Shown in pieces: positions 38,617-52,768 of a stretch of 64,000 bases of DNA (its first letter is position 1; each line of letters opens with the position of its first letter). This DNA is from Callorhinchus milii (taxonomy: Eukaryota). The translations under genes were made by a program, and so were the position numbers. A model generated the notes under the pieces. That model did not search any database, was not told the origin of the DNA, and was given only the letters and a program-made list of their open reading frames with translations. The stretch is taken from the NCBI RefSeq assembly GCF_018977255.1, contig NW_024704742.1, positions 33,172,001-33,236,000 of the forward strand, in the 5' to 3' direction.

Positions 38617-39708
38617 GTAAGGTGGATTTATGCATTGGTGCATGGAAGAGCAGGTAGTTTCTTAATAACTGCAGCAAAGCAATGAGAAATCCTTTACATG
38701 CAGAAATGCCTTTCCAAGTTGCTTGACGCTAAATGATTTGCATGTGACTATTTAGACACCTCAGCCCTTAGGAATACCAGAGACAGGCTGAAATGTCACT
38801 TTGCAAAAGTTAGTTGGTTTCTATTTATTTCCAGCTGAGCAGACAGCTGGTATCACATTTCAGGTGACTCACTCAGGATTACGAACTTCTGACAGTTCCC
38901 ATTCATCCAATGTTAATAGTGAGAAGAAAAGAAGCCAAGCTTTTATTGGGTAGTGAAAATGTAACATTGAACAGTTAATAACCAATGTGTTAAACCAAAT
39001 ATCAGTTCATATCATTTGGCAGAATCACATTTCATATATTTAGAGGTCCACTTAAATTCAAGATTGCCAAAGGATTTCTGAACTAGATTAGTAGATGGTC
39101 TCTTTTATTTACAATAATTAATTGTATTAATAATTAGTATTATAATTAGTTCATTTATATCATCTGGAATGCTTTGAATTTCCCAGAATATGTTCCTTTT
39201 TGAAATTCTCCGCAGTTCTGCTCTGAAACCAACATGTGATAATAATCAATTAATAATCCTTTGCGTTTGATATAGTGCCTTTCACATCAGAAGGATGTCT
39301 CGAAGTGCTTCACAGGATTTATTGTAAAGTGTAATGACTGTGTATTTTGTAGGTGAAGATGACAGCCAATTTGCATGTGATAATTACATGTGGAGAATAA
39401 AATAATCTGGCAATTAGAAAATAAAAGAATCTGGTAACCAGAAGTGGGTCACACTGACCTGCTCTATTGTGCTGTACTTCCAGAGCAGAGTTCCTGTGAG
39501 TTGTTCTGAATACTCTTTGCATTTGAAATATCAAGTTAAACCTCACTAATTAGTTGTGAAGTGCTTTGAGACGTTTCAATGTGATAAAGCTCTCTGAAGA
39601 TATACGTTCTTTCTTTAGAGAGTGCCGGAAATTATAGTTGCTTTCCTCACAAGAGATACTGTAAATAGTTTTTTCTGATCATTCATTCTATCTCAGTTAA
39701 AGTATCTC

Positions 39709-40013
39709 AGTCCTGCAGCTCAGTGGTTGGAGCACTCGCCTGGCAAGCGAGAGACCCGGGTTCGATTCCCAGCAGGGTGAAACCTTGGACAACTTTCCTT
39801 ACTCCACACGCCCGATAATAATCCCTCTAGAAAAAAAATAAAACTGGTCATTTCAATCCACGACTGTTTGTGGGACACTGCTGTAGGCAATTGGCTGCCG
39901 CATTTTGTCTACAAGGTATACAGTCAATTCACTTTACAGTATATTCTGTGAAGTGCTTTGAGACGTTTAGATGATGTGAAAAGCGCTATATCAAATGCAA
40001 GGATTATTATTAT
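39709..40013 (+). mobile_element. tRNA-derived Deu/L2-tail SINE (same family as 25216)
   Basis: A/B boxes, shared body, (att)n tail. Confidence 0.9.
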
Positions 40014-40171
40014 CATTAAATGTGTGGGGGTTGGCGAAGGAGGATGGATTCTAAGGTCTTATGGCTTGAATAATTTGCATTTTGTAGAGAATGCAAAGAC
40101 CAAAGTGCCAGCAGTATAGCTCTGTTCTAATCTATTTATTTGTTGATTTTTAAAATCTTGCTCTCTTCCAG

Positions 40172-41793
40172 CTAAAAACAAGTGATGCCACTGCTGGATT
40201 GTCAGCACTCCTGATGGACTGGAAGGTTACAATCACATCAACAGGCACTTCCAGTCTATTTTCACGCATGTTTCTGAATGCATGAAGCTCTGACAGTGCA
40301 CTTGTGACATGTCCTTTTGTTTATTCCATCCGTAAATGTGTTTGTTTATGCCTCTTGGGGAAGAAACATTACAGGCAGAATGAAACCAAAGGAAGAAAAG
40401 TTTTTGAAAGTACTTTTTAATCCTTTATTTATGCCAATTTTCTGAACTTGTTATAGCGGTAAACATCTAAATAAAATCAAAAGATAATTTTTTTTTCTAG
40501 ATTTGAATTGCATTTTAAAGGAGAATAATTGTGCCCCTTTTTTGGGTCAGTATGGGAATATATATGTGGGTCATATTCATACAGAGTATAGAAGGGAATG
40601 TTCTGAATGTTTCAGGCACTATAAGTTGCCATTCCAAAACCAGTCAGGGCTGGCTGTAACAGTCTCAATGCATGAACTGAACAGCCTTTTACCTTCATTG
40701 ACACTTACTGTTTTTTTGTCCAGCTGATACATATGGTAAAATATCTTTTTTTTAAAAAAAGCAATGAAACATCCTCATGCTAGATTTCTTTTACTTCTTG
40801 TATTTCATATCAGTATCCTGTTAAGATCATTTTCAGGTTGATACTTTATTTTCAATTCACTTTGTTGTGCAATATCTTTCTGGAAAATCAAGCTTGCTTT
40901 CTCTATGGCGATGTACAGATTTGTGATTTGAGTCTAAAATGCTATTGCTTTTTGGTGGGAATATTAGGGTTTAGAATTTTGTGAAACTCCGTTAACTTGC
41001 TTATTGGTAGCTATTCATAGTTCTTTCAGATTGAATAATAAATACAAAACTTGGAATTAAACCTATGAAATATAGTACAGTGGATCTGTGATTTATATGC
41101 ATCGATATATACCATTCACTTGCCTTAGGCAGGTGCTCAGATAGCTCGATCTTTTCATTTTTTCTTTCTCCCAATTCATGCCGCATCTAAAGGGATTAAT
41201 TTTTTTAAATGAAAAAAATTGTCTGTGTGATATTTGCTTATTGACATGGAGAACAGGATGATTTTGCTTCTGCTTCTCCTTGTGTATTTGTGAGGTGTTC
41301 TTGTAAACGATTCGGGTTATCTGATGTGTAAGTTTTTTTTGGAGGGGGTACTTTTAAAATATTTGTTTCTTGACTGTTTGTATACATATAGGGCTAACTG
41401 TATACTGCAGTACTGAATAGTGCATGATATCTCAATCAATGATTGCTGGCAGCGATCAAACTCTCGCCCTATAATTCATTCCTGGCGAGGTTAATGTTTG
41501 TATTATTTCAACTTGTGTGTTGGTTAGTCAACTATCCACCCTTTTAAACAAATCACACTTCACTGCTGAGAATACAGTCGTGAAATAGATGAAAATGATA
41601 TGTCACCATCACATGGATTCAGAAACTGTTTAAATAAGCATGTACATTTATTGGGCCATAGTAATCTGCCAATAACATCTGTGAAAGAATAAAAACCTCT
41701 ATTTTGGTGACTACTTGTAGTAAAATATGTGTGTGAAATCTAAATGTGATCTTAACATTTTAATGCCGCATGTGGTGTTAAAGTAGTATTAAA
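40172..41793 (+). other. CAMK2D: Probable CAMK2D terminal exon: AA|C TAA gives ...SVN-stop, followed by the 3' UTR
   Basis: ctctcttccag acceptor followed by CTAA. Repeat-free AU-rich sequence with AATAAA at 41688-41693 and ATTAAA at 41788-41793. The end is approximate. Confidence 0.7.
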
Positions 41794-42208
41794 GACTTCA
41801 GTTTGTCTTCCACACCAAGTTATGAAGAGCAGCGATTGATTTTTCAGCACCATTGAAATGATATTTAAATTCTGTCATTTAAGGAAAGCTGCTGTTTATC
41901 ATGGGACACAGTGTACAGAATTCTTGCCATAATGGTAAATGACTGATTGATATATTAAAACAAATAAATTTGTGATTATTTCTCCTGACTGCCTGCTCCA
42001 TGTTTTTTTTATATAAAAAAGGAATATGCTGCAAGAATGCAAAGTTTGAATTTTTGTAAATCAACTCCTGTTTCAGTTACTCATGGTGTTGGCAGCTATT
42101 TATGACAAATGGTGAAAGGAGTCTCTCCTGATGTCTTGGCCAGATTAATTGTCATTCATCTCAGGGCTATTTGTAGGACCTTATTCTGAACAGAGATTTG
42201 CCTTAGGC

Positions 42209-42426
42209 CTAGGTGGTCAACTGGTGGCCGAAGGGCCGCATCTGGCCCAGAGGATCATTTGCATCTTTATTGTCTGACAAGCAAATATAGGCGACATGCA
42301 GGTGCCAGGGAGACTCTGCCCAGCAATGGTATTGGACAATCAGGATAAAATATTGCTTATGTGGTCCGCTAATGTTTCTCAAACCTGGAGTGCAGCCCTC
42401 GGCAGCCAAAAGGTTGGACCAGCCTG
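42209..42426. mobile_element. hAT/Charlie-like MITE
   Basis: Ends ctaggtggtcaact / aggttggaccagcctg, 8-bp TSD ccttaggc / acttaggc, gggccgcatctggccc subterminal hairpin. A related end lies at about 17270-17320. Confidence 0.7.
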
Positions 42427-42619
42427 ACTTAGGCATTCATAAAATGAGTTTCCACTGTACATAGAACTGGCAAGTGGAGCAGTCTCGGAATAAAATTACA
42501 AGACCTTTTGACCATCAAATACCATCAATATCCACTTTGTAACTGTAAAATGCTTATCTCCTGACATCAAAACAAGAGGCTTCGAAAAGAAAAAGCAATA
42601 ACTCCGAGGAAATCATGTT

Positions 42620-43697
42620 AATGATTCCAACTGCGAAGAGATGTTGGACTTCCTCGAATCCAAAATCGAGGGTATTCGTTCGGCTACCTCTCCCTCATCC
42701 ACTGCTACCCCTTCAACACCTCACGCTCTGGCCCCCATGCATCCCTCCCTACACACCTTCGACCCTGTTTTCCCCTCTTTCCTCATCTCCCATCATTTCC
42801 AAAATGAAGCCCATCACATGCTCACTCAACCTCATCCAAACCCCTCTCCTCACAGCTCCACCTCCTGGCCCCTCTTTTAACCGACATTATCAATCTTATC
42901 CACTAGCTGTCATCACCTCTATCATCAAAGAACCTTCCCTGAACCCATCCCTACGTTCCAGCTATCACCTCTTCTCCAACCTCGCATTCCTCTCCAAGAC
43001 CCTGGAATGAGTCATCGTATCCCAGCTTCGCTCTTTCCTCTCTTGTACAGCACGGAAACAGCCCTGGTCATTCTGAACAGCTGTGGCCAGGGCTCTCTCT
43101 GCCTCCTTGACCGCTCTGCTGCCCTTGCCTGGTTCAAATCCTACCTCTCCTACCATCTCCACTTTGTCGCCACTAACAGCTTCTCCTCTATCACGTGTGA
43201 TGTCCCTCAGGGCTCTGTCCTTGGCCCTCTACTTTTCAATATCTATATGCTCCCTCTTGGTGACATCATCTGTGACCCTATAACCCCCATCCTCGCCCGA
43301 CTCCACTGGCTTCCCATCACACAGAGGATGCAGTTCAAGATCCTTGTCCTCTCTTTCAAAGCCCTCCATGGCCTTGTTCCCCGCTACCTCTGTGACATCC
43401 TAACCCCCTACCATCTTGCTCGCTACCCGCCACTCAGTGGGCTCCTTCACGTCCCCCACCTCACTCACTCCACCATTGCCGGGCGGGACTTCTGCCAGTC
43501 TGCCCCCACCCTCTGGAACTCCAACCCGCAGTCCTCCCCCTTGCCCCCTCCCTTGCCTCCTTCAAGACCCGTCTCAAGGCCCTCCTCTTTGATCGTGGTT
43601 CAGTCACCATCCTTCCCCCTCCTGCCCTCCGTCCTTGGAACATCCTCCCGATGTGAAAGGCGCTACACAATTGTAATTTTGTAGTTGTGGTTGTTGT
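42620..43697 (+). mobile_element. Internally deleted L2 LINE
   Basis: ORF with [27 protein letters not shown] and LHWLPI..RMQFKIL, plus L2 tail. Confidence 0.92.
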
Positions 43698-44389
43698 ACT
43701 AATGCTCAAAGCATGAAATAAGGGAGAACCAGATACATTAAGGCTTTTTGGTTGTAAGGCAGATTTGTTCAATTATGGTTGTCTGATTTACCAGTTTGCA
43801 TGGGTGGCACATTCATCAATTACTCCCACAGCAAGTCATGAATTTCATTCTGAGATGAATGGAATAACAACTTTGCTCCTGGGAGATGCCATCCCAGTGC
43901 AAAAGAATAAATCTAGAAATTATTTTATTGGGCTGTAAATATGCTCGAGGCCAGTGATCCACATCAACTATTATATATCAAAATCACAAACAACATCCTG
44001 TCTGCATGTAACCAGGGTTCCCTGTGCCTCCAAGTCTCACTCGAGCTTTCTGCTGCTTTCAACATTGTTGACCACTTTATCCTTCTCCACTAACTCTCCT
44101 CCTTGATACATGCCTGAGGCTCCATATTTTTTGTTTCACTCCTGCTCAACCCAGCAGCTTCAATATGTTTCTTCTCATGGCTTCTCCTCCTGAACTGAAT
44201 TCTGCCCCAGACCAGTTGGCCCCGAGGCAACCAAAATCCAGTAAAACTGAACTAAAATTGTGAGATTGATTATGGTAATTAGGACATTGGAAAGACCAAA
44301 CAATGTTCATTCCACTACTTGCACCTGCTGGTTGACGCATCACGAAACTGGATATCTTTTGTCACATTTCCCCCTCTTAATTCAGAATT

Positions 44390-45760
44390 AGACCTCTGCG
44401 ATCTTGTTCAAACCTACCCAGCTCCTCTTTCTTTGCTGACTGAATGCAGGCCTGCTTCATCTATCTGAAAATGTGCCTTATCTCCAACCATCAGCAGGTG
44501 GGCTTTCAACTATTCTCTCCTTGCTCTCTGCAACTCCATCCTAGAGTCCCTCCAACTTGCTCCCTCCCTTCCCTCTGTCAAAGCATTTCTCAAAACGTAC
44601 CTCTTTGACCTTGTTTTCAGCCATCTTTCCCCTTCCCGCTCCCCTATGCTCCCACTCCCAGCTCAGGTGCCAAGCCCGCAAGGTGAATGAGCTTTGGGAT
44701 GTCCCAACATTAAAGGCACTACATAAATATAAATTTGATTGTACATGTTGTATAGAAAGAAACCAACTTGGTAGTAAACAACCACAACAACAACAAATTA
44801 TACTTGTACAGCGCCCTCCACATTGGAAAGACGTCCCAGGGCACTGGACAGTCAACAACAACGAAATAACATTTGTATAGCGCCTTTCACGTCGGGAGGA
44901 CATCCCAAAGCCCTGGACAGACAGTTTCAGACCCGAGCTGAGGTTCCGGGTGGGGGAGAATGGAGGGCAGGGGGGGAAGCAGGGAGATCGAAAGCACGGA
45001 CAAAGAGAAGAGTCTTGAGGTGGGTCTTTAAGGTGGCGAGGGAGGCGGTGAGATGGAGGTACTGTGGGATGGAGTTCCAGAGGGTGGGGCGGAAGGCCTG
45101 CCCACCGCTAGTGGGGCGAGCAAGGCGGGGAAGTGAAGCAGGCCGGAACCCGCTGAGCGGAGGGAGCGAACAAGATGGTGGGGGGTTTGGAGGTCGGAGA
45201 GGTAGGGGGGAGCAAGACCATGGAGGGCTTTGAAGGTGAAGACCAGGACCTTGAACTGAATCCTCTGTGTGATGGGAAGCCAGTGGAGTTGGGCAAGGAT
45301 GGGCTAGATAGGGTCATGGAGTCTAATGTGGGACAGGACACAGGCTGCAGAGTTCTGGATGGTCTGCAGCCTGTGGAGGGACGAGTTGCATAGTCGATCC
45401 TCAGTAACGGATTTTTGGAACCGAGATGGGAGTTGGGGTCAGGAGACGTGGAGTGTAGGGGGGGTGAGGGTGCAAGAAAACCGAAGTCACAGTCGAAGAG
45501 GACATCTTTAGATGGGACTTGAAGGAGGCAACAGAGGGAGTGAAGAGTAGGGATTGCGGGATAGACTTCCAGAATGGGGGGGTGGGAGGGGTGGGTAAGA
45601 GATGCTGAATGTCCGACCGCCAATGGTGGGGCGGGAAGTGCGGGGGATCTGAAGCTGGTTGAGTGGAGGGAGCAGACAGGCTGAAATGGGGTTATGAGGT
45701 TGGTGAGGTAGGGGGAGCAAGACTGTGGAAGGCTTTGAAGGTGAGATCGAGGGTAAACAG
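44390..45760. mobile_element. Cluster of L2 fragments: old + copy about 44390-44735, - tails at about 44785, young - copy 44853-45395, older - copy to about 45760
   Basis: Near-identity of 44853-45395 to the 14.4-15.0 kb element, and repeated L2 tails. Confidence 0.85.
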
Positions 45761-46169
45761 GAGCATTGGCATATGTGAATTGATGCAATCTTGTAAAGCC
45801 AAGCTGATCTGCAGTGCAAATAGGACTGCATCATGCTGGGTATAAGAATAATTTTGTCATCAGAGGTAGGTTGATTACCTCTCTTTATCATATATTGCCT
45901 CTGATTCACGAATTCAAATGGCTTTTTTTTTGTGTTTACTTCTTTTGATTCCATTTTTAGCTTTGCAAGAAAACCAGTAACAGTTGGAGGAGTCTGCCAT
46001 CCTGTGGTCAACATATATACTACATAGTGGAGTGAAATAAGATTTACTGCTACCTTTCTTGCTTTCCAGCAAATTTATCGTAAATGCAAATAAATCAGTT
46101 CTTCAAGTGGACCTGGCAGAGATCATTTTACATTAGGTGCCAGTGTACCTGTACTATCAATACCACTCA

Positions 46170-46455
46170 GTCGCTGTTCTTCAGATGAGACATTAAACCG
46201 AGGACCCATCTACCTGTTTAGGTAGATATTAAAGATTCCGTGGCACTAATCAAAAAGAGAAGAAAGTTGGTCCTAGTGTCCTGACCAACAATCTCCCAAA
46301 TAAATGATCACTCACTTCACAGTTATTTAGCATTGTGCAAATTAATTGCCATGTTCCCCCATAAAATACAGTCACTCCACTTTACAGTGTTGTGAAGTGT
46401 TTGGGTTGCCTTGACAATGTGATAAGGCGCTATATCAAATACAAAGATTATTATT
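46170..46455 (+). mobile_element. 5'-truncated SacSINE1/LmeSINE1-like Deu SINE
   Basis: cagatgagacattaaaccgagg (5S-derived segment), body and tail. Similar copies at about 56490-56735 (+), 47500-47830 (-) and 36980-37175 (-). Confidence 0.7.
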
Positions 46456-46829
46456 TATTGTTAGAACCATAGAAATGGATGACAGAGTAGGAGACCATTC
46501 AGCCCATTTTTTCATGTTGGTTATTTCCCTTGTGAACAGTAGCTGAATGTGAGTAACCAAGCTGGGTAAAGTGATTCATCCAGAAATGTGATGCTTTTGA
46601 GATTTTCTGCTTTATTCCATTCGAACCAAGAATAGTTTATTTTAATTTACGGCACAGCAGAGATATTATGAAAATCTGCCTCAAATTTCATATTGCCATA
46701 ACAACGGATTAGATTTTTTAGAAAAAATACATTTGTGCATAGTTTCGATTCAGAAGCATTTTTATTTAAAAAATGGATTTGTCCTCATCATCATGAATTA
46801 CAATATATATTGTAACAAACCACTTCAGA

Positions 46830-47175
46830 CCATAAGAACAGAGCCCATCTTCTCATCTCCCATAACAGCTCACCTTCCCCTTCCCCTCTTCTGTGACCAT
46901 TAGCACATCATCCCAGACACACCTTTTCTCTCTCTGGTCTGTCTCTGCCACCATCCTTTGTTTTGCATCATGAAGACCTCTTTAACCCATCATCCTCTGT
47001 CCTCCAGCCCATTTTCTCTTTTGTCCTCCTTGCCCTGCTTCCCTTCTCTCTGTTTAATCCTTAAAGTCTCTCCATCCCCACATCCCCCGGTTCTGACGAA
47101 GGATCGTGGGCGCGAAATGTTGACCCACTTTCTTTTTTCCATAGATGCTGTTCCCAGGATCTCTGTTTTTGTTTA
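46830..47175 (+). mobile_element. Penelope-like terminal fragment (degenerate)
   Basis: Pyrimidine-rich stretch ending gttctgacgaagg...cgaaatgttgac...ccatagatgctg, homologous to 4040-4174. Confidence 0.6.
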
Positions 47176-49149
47176 TAATATAGATTGGTGAAGCTCTGAA
47201 TGAAGCTGCAAATGAATTCTGGTGTTTGTTTATTCAATTGAAAATATGAGGAAACTTGAATAAGCTCAGAACATTATTTATTTAAGCACTCTATATATAA
47301 GTGCAAGTTGTTGTTGTATTAAAAAACATTCAAGGTTGATTATAATAATAATAATAATCATAATCCTTGCATTTGATATAGCGCTTTTCACGTCTTCTAG
47401 ATTATGCTGATACGGGACAAGAAAAGGTCACTCATCATAAAGTGCAGAGGTTGGCAATTTTGACATCGACATAGACGAACCAGTTTGTTTAGTAAAAAAA
47501 ATCTGAGTATTTGATACAGCACCTTTCATGTCTAGAGGGCATCTGAAAGGGCTTCATAGGATTCACTGTATGGTGCAGTGACTGTTTATTTTGAAGGCAA
47601 ACACAGCAGCCAATTTGCATACAGGAATTTCCCACAAACAGCAATGAAGTGAATGACCAATTTATTGCCGGGATTTATTGTTACCCAGGACACAGGGAGA
47701 AATTCCCTTTTCTTTTCCAATTGTGTCATGGGATCTTTAATGTCCACCTCAACAGGCAGGTGGGACCATAGGTTAAGGTCGCAACAGAAGGATGACATCT
47801 CAAGATACACCTCAAGCCCTGCATCAGAATGTCAACCCAGACAATGGAAGTTTAATTTGGAGTTTGAACTCAAAGGTGAGATTATGAGCCAAGATAACAA
47901 CTGTTCATGATAAACAGCACAAACAAAGCAGTTTGTTTTTATCTTCTGCGGTGAATATAATTTTCCACGTATTTCCAGACAAAGTGCATTGAATAGTCTT
48001 CCCTCTTTCAGTTTTAAGGAAAGAAATATAAGAAAAAATGGCACATTACAGTAATCCTCCCCAAGGGAAAATGACTTTTTTAAATCTTATTCCTGTAGTA
48101 GAATGAAATGTGTAAACATATAACAAGAAGCACATATATTCGCTCAAAGTGGTTGGTTGTTAAGCACTGAGCAACCTGCATTCCTTATTCTATTGCATAA
48201 TCATTTTCTTGGAACCTATTTTACATTAACTTATTCATGATAAGCCTGATAAGCACCATGCAAACATTTCACAATAATATAAATACTTCATGACTGTGAT
48301 ATACATAATATCTGCAGATTTAAATGTTACACCTTCTTGGGTGAATACCAATGCATATCCAGGATGAAAATCTCCCTCCCCCTATCACACACACACACAA
48401 AATTGTAACCATACAAAAAATACAATGAATAATGCATAACAGGGAGCGATTTGCAGTCTGTAACCTAATCTTGACATTCAGGTGGGAAATGATTCAGGTC
48501 TTCAAATTGCTGAGAACTGTTGTTGACGTAAATGCAAAACAGACTTTTCAACTTTGTCTGTGAGTGTAGAACTGGGGGATATGAGTCTGTAGCCTCGAGC
48601 AAGACAAGAGATCAGAAGGATATTTTCTTCCCTATAGACTAATGAATACGTGGAATAGATTTCCAACAAAAGCAGTTGATGACTATCTGGATGTAGGGAT
48701 GAGTATGAAAGGAAGGATCCGATACTCCCAGGGGTTTGTGCTGCCGGAGTGGAGTGGAGGAGGGAGTAATATCCTCGAGGTTCAATAGTAGAGATCAGAT
48801 CTGGAGATTCGCTTAATTATCTCTGAGATTGGATGGAGTAAAATTCCAGGATATGGTATTATGGTCAAGCACAAAAGAATTATTATTATCATCATCAGTG
48901 CTAATTATCTTAACAATACAATCAATAGACATTGCTTCCACCAACCACACCACCCCCCCACCCTTCCTTCTCGACCAGTGGAAATTGTTGTCTGATTGCC
49001 TTTGACTGAGTTTTTCGTTGCTAGAATATTTTTAGACGACCATTATTTTAACTCTGTGGAATAATAAAAATAAGACATAATTTGCCAATTAGAACTTCAG
49101 TCTTGTTTTATTCAGTTTATTCTGAATATTTCCTTGTAACCCCTTGCAG

Positions 49150-50150
49150 ATTACATCTATTATTCTGTCTAAGTACTTTTCCCTGTCTACGAGTACCATT
49201 CCCATCATCAGCACTATCCTTCTAAAAACTCTTGCTGGATCCATTCCTGCTCTCAGACTACTGCCTCATCTCCAACATCCCTTTCCTCTCCAAGGTCTTG
49301 GAACGAATTGTTGCTTTTCGCTCTTTGCTCTCCCGCCACTTCCTTCATGAACCCCTCCAATCGGGTTTCCGTGCCATCCACAGCACAGAAACAGCCCTGG
49401 TCAAAGTGACAAATTACATTCTGTCCATCAGCAACCAGGGCTCCCTCTGCCTCCTTGTCTTCCTTGACCTCTCTGCCTTCCCCCACGCCCGCAAAATCAC
49501 CCGGTTCCACCGCTGTCTCACACTGCAGGCCGCCGAATCCCTCATACACACATACATAGAATCCAGGCTTGACTATGCAAACTCCTTGCTTGATGGCCTT
49601 CCCAACTCCTCCTTCCATAGACTGTAGATCATCCAGAACTCTGTAGCCCGTGTCCTCTCGCGCACCAGGCTCAGCCCCATCCTCGCCCGACTTCACTGGA
49701 ATCACACTTCACACAGAGGATATAGTTCAAGATTCTGGTCTTCACCTTCAAAGCCCTCCATGGCCTCGCTTCCGCCTACCTCTGCAACATCCTAACCCCC
49801 TACCATCCTGCCCGCTCCCTCCGCTCAGTGGACTCCGGCACTGCTTCATGTCCCCTGCCTCGCCCGCCCCGCCATTGGCAGGCAGGCCTTCTGCCACTCT
49901 ACCCCCACCCTCTGGAACTCCATCCCTCAGTCCCTCCGCCTCAACCCTTCACTTGCCTCCTTCAAGACCCATCTCAAGACCTTCTTCTTCGAACGTGTGT
50001 TCGATTAACCCTCCTTCCCCACCTGCCCTCCACCCTCCCTGATCCAAACCCTCAGCTCAGGTCCGAAACACTGACTGTCCAGCTCCTTGGGACGTCCTCC
50101 CGATGTGAAAGTCGCTATACAAATGTAATTTTGTTGTTGCTGTTGTTGTT
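49150..50150 (+). mobile_element. Internally deleted L2 LINE
   Basis: ORF with ISNIPFLSKVLERIV, QSGFRAIHSTETALVKV and LDLSA joined directly to SRLDYANSLL, plus L2 tail. Confidence 0.92.
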
Positions 50151-51481
50151 TTCAATGATTCATAACCCTGCATATTGTAAGCATGTGTATTGGCTACAAA
50201 TCATAACATAATAAGCAATAAATGCAGTTGATAAAGTGACTTATTGTGTTCACATTTCATCCAAAGGAGTAGATTTGCAACTTTCAGTGTTCCCTTCATA
50301 CTGCACTGTAGTGTTGGTCTAGAAATTAGGGAAGTCCTGATGTGAGGCTTAAGCCCACAAATCTCTGACCCAGTGATGAGAATATCAGCAGCTAAACCAA
50401 ACTAATACTGCCGTTTATTGCTTGTTGTGCAGTCCGACAAAAATAAATACCAATTATCAATTTTTTACACTCTAAATTTGATCAATTTGCTGGTTACCAA
50501 ATCACTACAGATATCACTTCCAGTCCACTGCACATACACTAGTGACCTGGAAGTCGACCATTTTTGTAGCATTCATCTTTTAAAACATTTTTTGAAGGAT
50601 AAACGTGATTTTCTCCAGCAAAAATAAGAACCACTGATTTCTACCAGCCCTAACTATAAACTAGTCATTCTGGTAGCATTTTAAGAATGCTCAAACTCGA
50701 GAGCTTGTGTTTTTGGCAAGAGGATGGTTTCTCACCGGAGCAATCTCAATCTCCTGCTGTGTAAACACAAACCAGGTATAGTCAATGCCCTGTGTGCTGT
50801 GAAAAGATTTAAGAAGTTGAGCTGCCGATTTCAATCAAACACTTCTGGTTTCAGAGAGCAGAGCCTCCTCATTAAAATATAGTGTGATTAAAGGCACCAT
50901 GCAGTGGGACAAATACTGCAGCTTCATTACTATTTAAACTTTTTTTTTACTAGGCTCTCTGCTTGCTCCTTAGGCAAGATGTGGGATTTGTACAGTAATT
51001 ATTTATTTATGGCAGTCTCTTGGTTGGTGTAAAAACCTTCCTGGCTGATTATTATCAGTCCACCTCATGCAGCAAGCTGAAACAACAATTAGTTGCCGCC
51101 TGGTGATCTCTCTATACCTAACCCTAACACTTTGAACTGCTTGAACATAATCCAGGGGATATGCGGAATTCAATTGCAAGAAATGTGTATCCACTCATGA
51201 ATTAATACAAAAATACAACACAAAGTTACATTTGTAAAGTGCTTTTCATGTCGGGAGGACGCCCCAAGGCGCAGTAATAGTTGATAACACAAGCTAAACA
51301 AATGCCTTCTACCTCATGCCCTGATAGATTTTCAGAAGTTAAAAGATTAACAATGACAACAAGATTACATTTGTATAGTGCCTTTCATGTCGGGAGGATG
51401 TCACAAGGTGCTGAAACAACAACAACATCTTATCTGGTGTAATTCATGTAAGGCTAATGTCTTGGAGCATTTCACAAGAAT

Positions 51482-51828
51482 ATAATAATCCTTGCATTTG
51501 ATATAGCGCCTTATCGCGTCTTCGAGACGTCTCAAAACGCTTCACAGAATATACTGTAAAATGAATTGACTGTATATTTTGTGGGCGAAACGTGGCAGCT
51601 AATTGTGCACAGCAGTGTCCCACAAACAGTCTGGATTGAGTGACCAATTTTTTAAAGGAATTATTATCCCTGGAAAAGCGATCTACCAATCGACTAACAA
51701 CCAGGTTCCTACTTACTGCTAGGTAAACAGAGGCGTGCGGAGCAAGAAAACTTGCCCTACATTTTGCCATGCTGGGAATCGAACCCAGGTCTCTTGCGAG
51801 TGCTCTAACCACTGAACTATAGGACTCC
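51482..51828 (-). mobile_element. tRNA-derived Deu/L2-tail SINE (family of 25216)
   Basis: Reverse complement begins ggagtcctatagttcagtggttagagcactcgc and ends caaatgcaagg(att)n. Confidence 0.9.
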
Positions 51829-52331
51829 AGGAAAGCAGTTGGATACCAAGCGAGGGAGAAGGAGTAGAAGAGAATAGGAGGTGGCTGTAGTTGAAGAGGT
51901 ATGTTTGTAGGTGGTTAAAAAGGATGACAGGAAATATAAACTCCAAACAACAATAACAAACCTATGTCACCTGTACAGAAAAACAAAATAGGTCACAAAT
52001 GAATAAAATGAGTCACATGGGGACGTAACTTCAAGTGGGAGGAGCTCCATCTTGTGAAATGTGGGGCTCATGGTCCCTTAAAATGGCCCAGACTGGATAG
52101 GTTTATCAGCTGTCAGTCATTGTGGTGCTTAGAATTCAGCTTGGTAAAGATCATGTCCACACTGCAACCCCGACTTGTGCTAATTTCCTTTGTCTGAATG
52201 ACAAAAGCGGACTCTAGAGTGGTACCATATTGTCAGAATATTTAGCTGATTCGTGACCAGAGGAGCCTGGCCACTCTCTGATTTCCCTTTCAATAGGCAA
52301 GTTATTCTGCTTAGTATATTCTCCAGTCATC

Positions 52332-52768
52332 CTGGCTCAGTTGGCAGCATCCTTGTTTCTGAGTCAGAAGGTTGTGTGTTCAAGCCTGAGATTGGGAGAT
52401 TGAATTAATGTAGTCAAGGCTGACACACCAATGCCACTTTAGACTGGGGAGCGCTGATTGTTAGAGGTGCTGACCTTTCGACCAGATATTAAACCAAGGT
52501 CCCATCTGTCTGTTGGAGGTCCAGATTGATGTTAAGGATCCTGTGGATCTATTCAAAAAGAGAAAGGAACTTTTTGCAGTGTCCTAGCAAATCCTGTGAA
52601 TAAAGTTTGTCATTCACTTCATGGCTGTTTCTAGGACACTGCCATGTGCAAATTGACTGCTGTATTCGCCTACCGAATACAATCATTTCACTTTACAGTA
52701 AATCTGGTGAAGCATTTTGAGTTTTTTTAATAAGATAGTAAAGCACTATATCAAATGCAATTATTATT
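52332..52768 (+). mobile_element. SacSINE1/LmeSINE1-like SINE (tRNA + 5S-like + Deu + L2 tail)
   Basis: tggctcagttggcagc...tctgagtcagaaggttgtgtgttcaagcc head with shared body and tail. Confidence 0.8.
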
